From: an uncultured Chloroflexia bacterium
GTDB taxonomy: Bacteria > Chloroflexota > Limnocylindria > Limnocylindrales > CSP1-4
Length of the DNA: 15,456 nt
Reading direction: 5' to 3'
Assembly (NCBI GenBank): GCA_963833225.1
Contig: CAWHXD010000018.1
Coordinates: forward strand, 1 to 15,456
Shown here: positions 14,689-15,456 of the stretch, piece by piece
Layout of the letters: every line of letters begins with the position of its first letter
How positions within the stretch are numbered: the stretch's first letter is position 1
Made by a program: the position numbers and the translations under genes
Notes under the pieces: model-generated
What the model was told of the DNA's origin: nothing
The model's database searches: none
Seen by the model: only the letters and a program-made list of their open reading frames with translations

Positions 14689-15456
14689 TCACTCGGCCAC
14701 CTCCCGCTCGAGGTACACGGCGGACCCGGTCGGCCGCAGGCAGTGCGTCATCGACATCGCCTGCAGGTAGCCGCCCGCATTGAGGATGGCGACCAGCTCG
14801 CCTTCGGCCACGTCCGGGAACGGGTAGTCCTCGGCGAACAGGTCGCTCGCCTCGTTGATGTGCCCGGCCACCGTGACGAGCCGCGTGCGCTCGCGAAGGG
14901 GATCGCGCACGGGCACGATCTCCTGGGCGTAGCGATAGATGAAATAGGCACAGTTGACGTTCCAGCCGATGTCCAGGCCGACGAACCTGGTCCCGCCTCG
15001 ACGCTCGACGCTGACGACCTCGCCCAGGAGCACGCCAGCGTCCTTCATCAGGAAGTCACCGGGCTCGAACGCCGCCGTGACGCCATACGGCGCGAGCTGC
15101 CGGCTGACAACGGCCGCGTACGCATCGAGGTCAATCGGGGTCTCGCCCTGGCGCGCGACCCTGCCCAGACCGCCACCCACGTTGACCTCCCGGATCGGGA
15201 AGCCCGCGGCCAGCAGGCGATCGAGAAGCCGATCGCCCGCTCGAGCGCGGCCTCGAACGCAGCGAGCTGATCGCCGAGCCACCCCGAACCGGCGTGGAAA
15301 TGCAGGGTGTCCACGACCAGGCCATGCCGGCGGACCGCCACGATCGCGTCGTCCAGGCGATCCTCGGTCACGCCGAACTTGGTCGGCCGCTCGCCCGCAT
15401 ATGCGAGGTGCTCGGTGTAGCCCGCCCCGACGCCCGGGTTGACCCGGATGCCGACT
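14689..15456 (-). CDS. lysA: Diaminopimelate decarboxylase-like fold-type III PLP enzyme (5'-truncated by window edge; frameshift at ~15225)
   Basis: GIRVNPG...TKFG and LHFHAGSG in one frame; VNVGGGLG, FEPGDFL, AGHINEASDLF, NAGGY in the next. One missing base at 15225 joins ERAIGF to LDRLL. Confidence 0.75.
   Translation of the reverse strand, partial: SRHPGQPGRRGGLHRAPRICGRAADQVRRDRGSPGRRDRGGPPAWPGRGHPAFPRRFGVARRSARCVRGRARAGDRLLDRLLAAGFPIREVNVGGGLGRVARQGETPIDLDAYAAVVSRQLAPYGVTAAFEPGDFLMKDAGVLLGEVVSVERRGGTRFVGLDIGWNVNCAYFIYRYAQEIVPVRDPLRERTRLVTVAGHINEASDLFAEDYPFPDVAEGELVAILNAGGYLQAMSMTHCLRPTGSAVYLEREVAE

Overview
High-GC bacterial window, possibly a monoderm such as Chloroflexota or Actinomycetota (inferred from GC content, an F420-type PPOX gene, leaderless genes and Pro/Ser/Thr-rich secreted proteins). 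About 13 kb is one co-oriented (+) multiheme cytochrome / electron-transfer locus. In order: the 3' end of a multiheme cytochrome whose last three heme sites follow the OmcS-type pattern; a secreted cytochrome on a Pro/Ser/Thr stalk, frameshifted just after its signal peptide; a J-like/TM/TPR protein; a complete System II maturation set (ccdA, resB, ccsA/resC, resA-like); a decaheme NapC/NirT (ImcH-like) quinol dehydrogenase; and a Rieske/cytochrome b complex whose third gene is a membrane-anchored decaheme cytochrome rather than cytochrome c1. At least 26 CxxCH motifs plus one CxxxCH are visible. The right end holds fdhD (-), a PPOX-class F420-type oxidoreductase (+), an alpha/beta-hydrolase remnant (-) and a partial, frameshifted LysA-like PLP decarboxylase (-). 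The best candidate novel system is a self-contained quinol-to-cell-surface extracellular electron transfer conduit with no porin gene in the window. Three single-base frameshifts suggest assembly indel errors.
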